Assembly: GCA_045657465.1 (NCBI GenBank)
Contig: JAZOTD010000026.1
Coordinates: 1,156 to 65,155, forward strand
Length of the DNA: 64,000 nt
Direction of reading: 5' to 3'
Source: Clostridia bacterium
Lineage (GTDB): Bacteria; Bacillota; Clostridia; Christensenellales; UBA1242
Made by a program: the position numbers and the translations under genes. The first letter of the stretch is position 1. Every line of letters starts with the position of its first letter. Shown piece by piece: positions 63,417-64,000 of this stretch. Below the pieces are notes generated by a model. That model made no database searches, had not been told where the DNA came from, and worked only from the letters and a program-made list of their open reading frames with translations.

Positions 63417-64000
63417 TGAAAGACAAAAAAACAGAATGCTGTTGCAACAAAGAACATAACAAAAATTGCAAATGCACTCCAGAAAATCATTGTGGTTGCT
63501 ATGACGGCAAACCTTGCAAGTGTGGTGATGACGGATGTGGATGCGACAAAGAACATAACAAGAACTGCAAATGCACTCCAGAAAACCACTGCGGTTGTTA
63601 TGATGGCAAACCTTGCAAATGTGGTGATGACACAAAGCAACTTGAAGACAAACTTTCACAAACCGAAAAAGCACTTCAAGAAGCACTTACAAAAGCAAAT
63701 CAATATCTTTCAACCGCTTCTTATTACAAAAACGAAGCAGAGTCACAAAAGAAAGATTTTGAAAGATATAAAGAACGCAACAAAAACATATTAAATGATG
63801 CAGTTGTTGAAGCAAATGAAAAAATTGCAAAAAAACTGCTTCCAATAATCGACAATTTCGACCAAGCAATGGCACACACAACAAGCGATGTTATGAAGGG
63901 ATTTGAAATGATTTATTCATCACTTGTTGCTTGTTTAAAAGATATGAACATCGTTGAAATTGAAGCAGTGGGTGAACTTAATCCAGAATATCACAACTGC
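63416..64000 (+). CDS. grpE: Nucleotide exchange factor GrpE (3' end outside the window) with a Cys-rich tandem-repeat N-terminal extension
   Basis: ATG at 63416 overlaps the hrcA stop (TAATG), with AAGGAG 7 nt upstream. The frame is open to the window end and so is absent from the ORF track. The conserved core is ...LLPIIDNFDQAM...IVEIEAVGELNPEYHNC. The N-terminus is MKDKKTECCCN + 2 x (KEHNKNCKCTPENHCGCYDGKPCKCGDD). Confidence 0.85.
   Translation, partial: MKDKKTECCCNKEHNKNCKCTPENHCGCYDGKPCKCGDDGCGCDKEHNKNCKCTPENHCGCYDGKPCKCGDDTKQLEDKLSQTEKALQEALTKANQYLSTASYYKNEAESQKKDFERYKERNKNILNDAVVEANEKIAKKLLPIIDNFDQAMAHTTSDVMKGFEMIYSSLVACLKDMNIVEIEAVGELNPEYHNC
63449..63631 (+). repeat. Two 84-nt in-frame tandem repeats (63449-63532 and 63548-63631) separated by a 15-nt GCGCD linker, inside grpE
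   Basis: Direct comparison of the two units shows 8 nucleotide differences. All are synonymous third-position changes, so the encoded 28-aa units are identical. Confidence 0.9.

Noticed and set aside
63449-63631. A tandem direct repeat considered as a possible CRISPR or minisatellite.
   Set aside because: There are only two units. They are in frame within grpE, separated by a coding 15-nt linker, and differ only synonymously. This is a protein-coding repeat, not a CRISPR array. No CRISPR-like arrays were seen elsewhere in the window.
63354-63794. His/Cys-rich ORFs on the minus strand (63354-63686 and 63374-63640) and a plus-strand ORF in another frame (63492-63794).
   Set aside because: These are shadow frames of the grpE Cys-repeat region. 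The grpE frame has the RBS, the coupling to hrcA, the conserved GrpE core and a purely synonymous repeat-divergence pattern.

Overview
This is an AT-rich chromosomal segment that uses the standard genetic code: TGA acts as a stop in several ATGA-overlapped genes and Trp is encoded by TGG. The gene content points to a low-GC Firmicute, probably class Clostridia. Supporting features are a SigK/SigE-type pro-sigma factor, an RNase P RNA with type-A-like landmarks, and lepA-hemW-hrcA-grpE synteny with a CIRCE operator.

Half of the window (4100-36355, minus strand) is one uninterrupted 32,256-nt ORF encoding a 10,751-aa protein. It has an N-terminal signal or lipoprotein-like peptide, many divergent beta-rich modules and a C-terminal double transmembrane anchor. 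I cannot place it in a known giant-adhesin family. Two smaller minus-strand genes bracket it, and both share one architecture: signal peptide, two SH3b-like segments, a TM helix and a charged tail. Upstream of the giant gene lies a divergently transcribed regulator with a sigma-70 region-4-like HTH.

Immediately beyond (38.4-47.3 kb, plus strand) is a compact phage-derived module. It runs from terminase large subunit through portal, scaffold and capsid candidates and three unknowns to a holin-like protein. I see no recognisable integrase, replication, tail or endolysin genes.

The rest of the window is housekeeping:
- aspS 3' end, an HD hydrolase and a NUDIX hydrolase
- a membrane protein, RNase J, a TrmR-like methyltransferase and a U32 peptidase
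- a sigK-like sigma factor and rnpB
- rarA, helD, a PnuC-like protein and a GDPD
- lepA, hemW, hrcA, and a grpE whose N-terminus carries an unusual Cys-rich tandem repeat

All functional calls come from reading motifs in the translations. No database search was possible.
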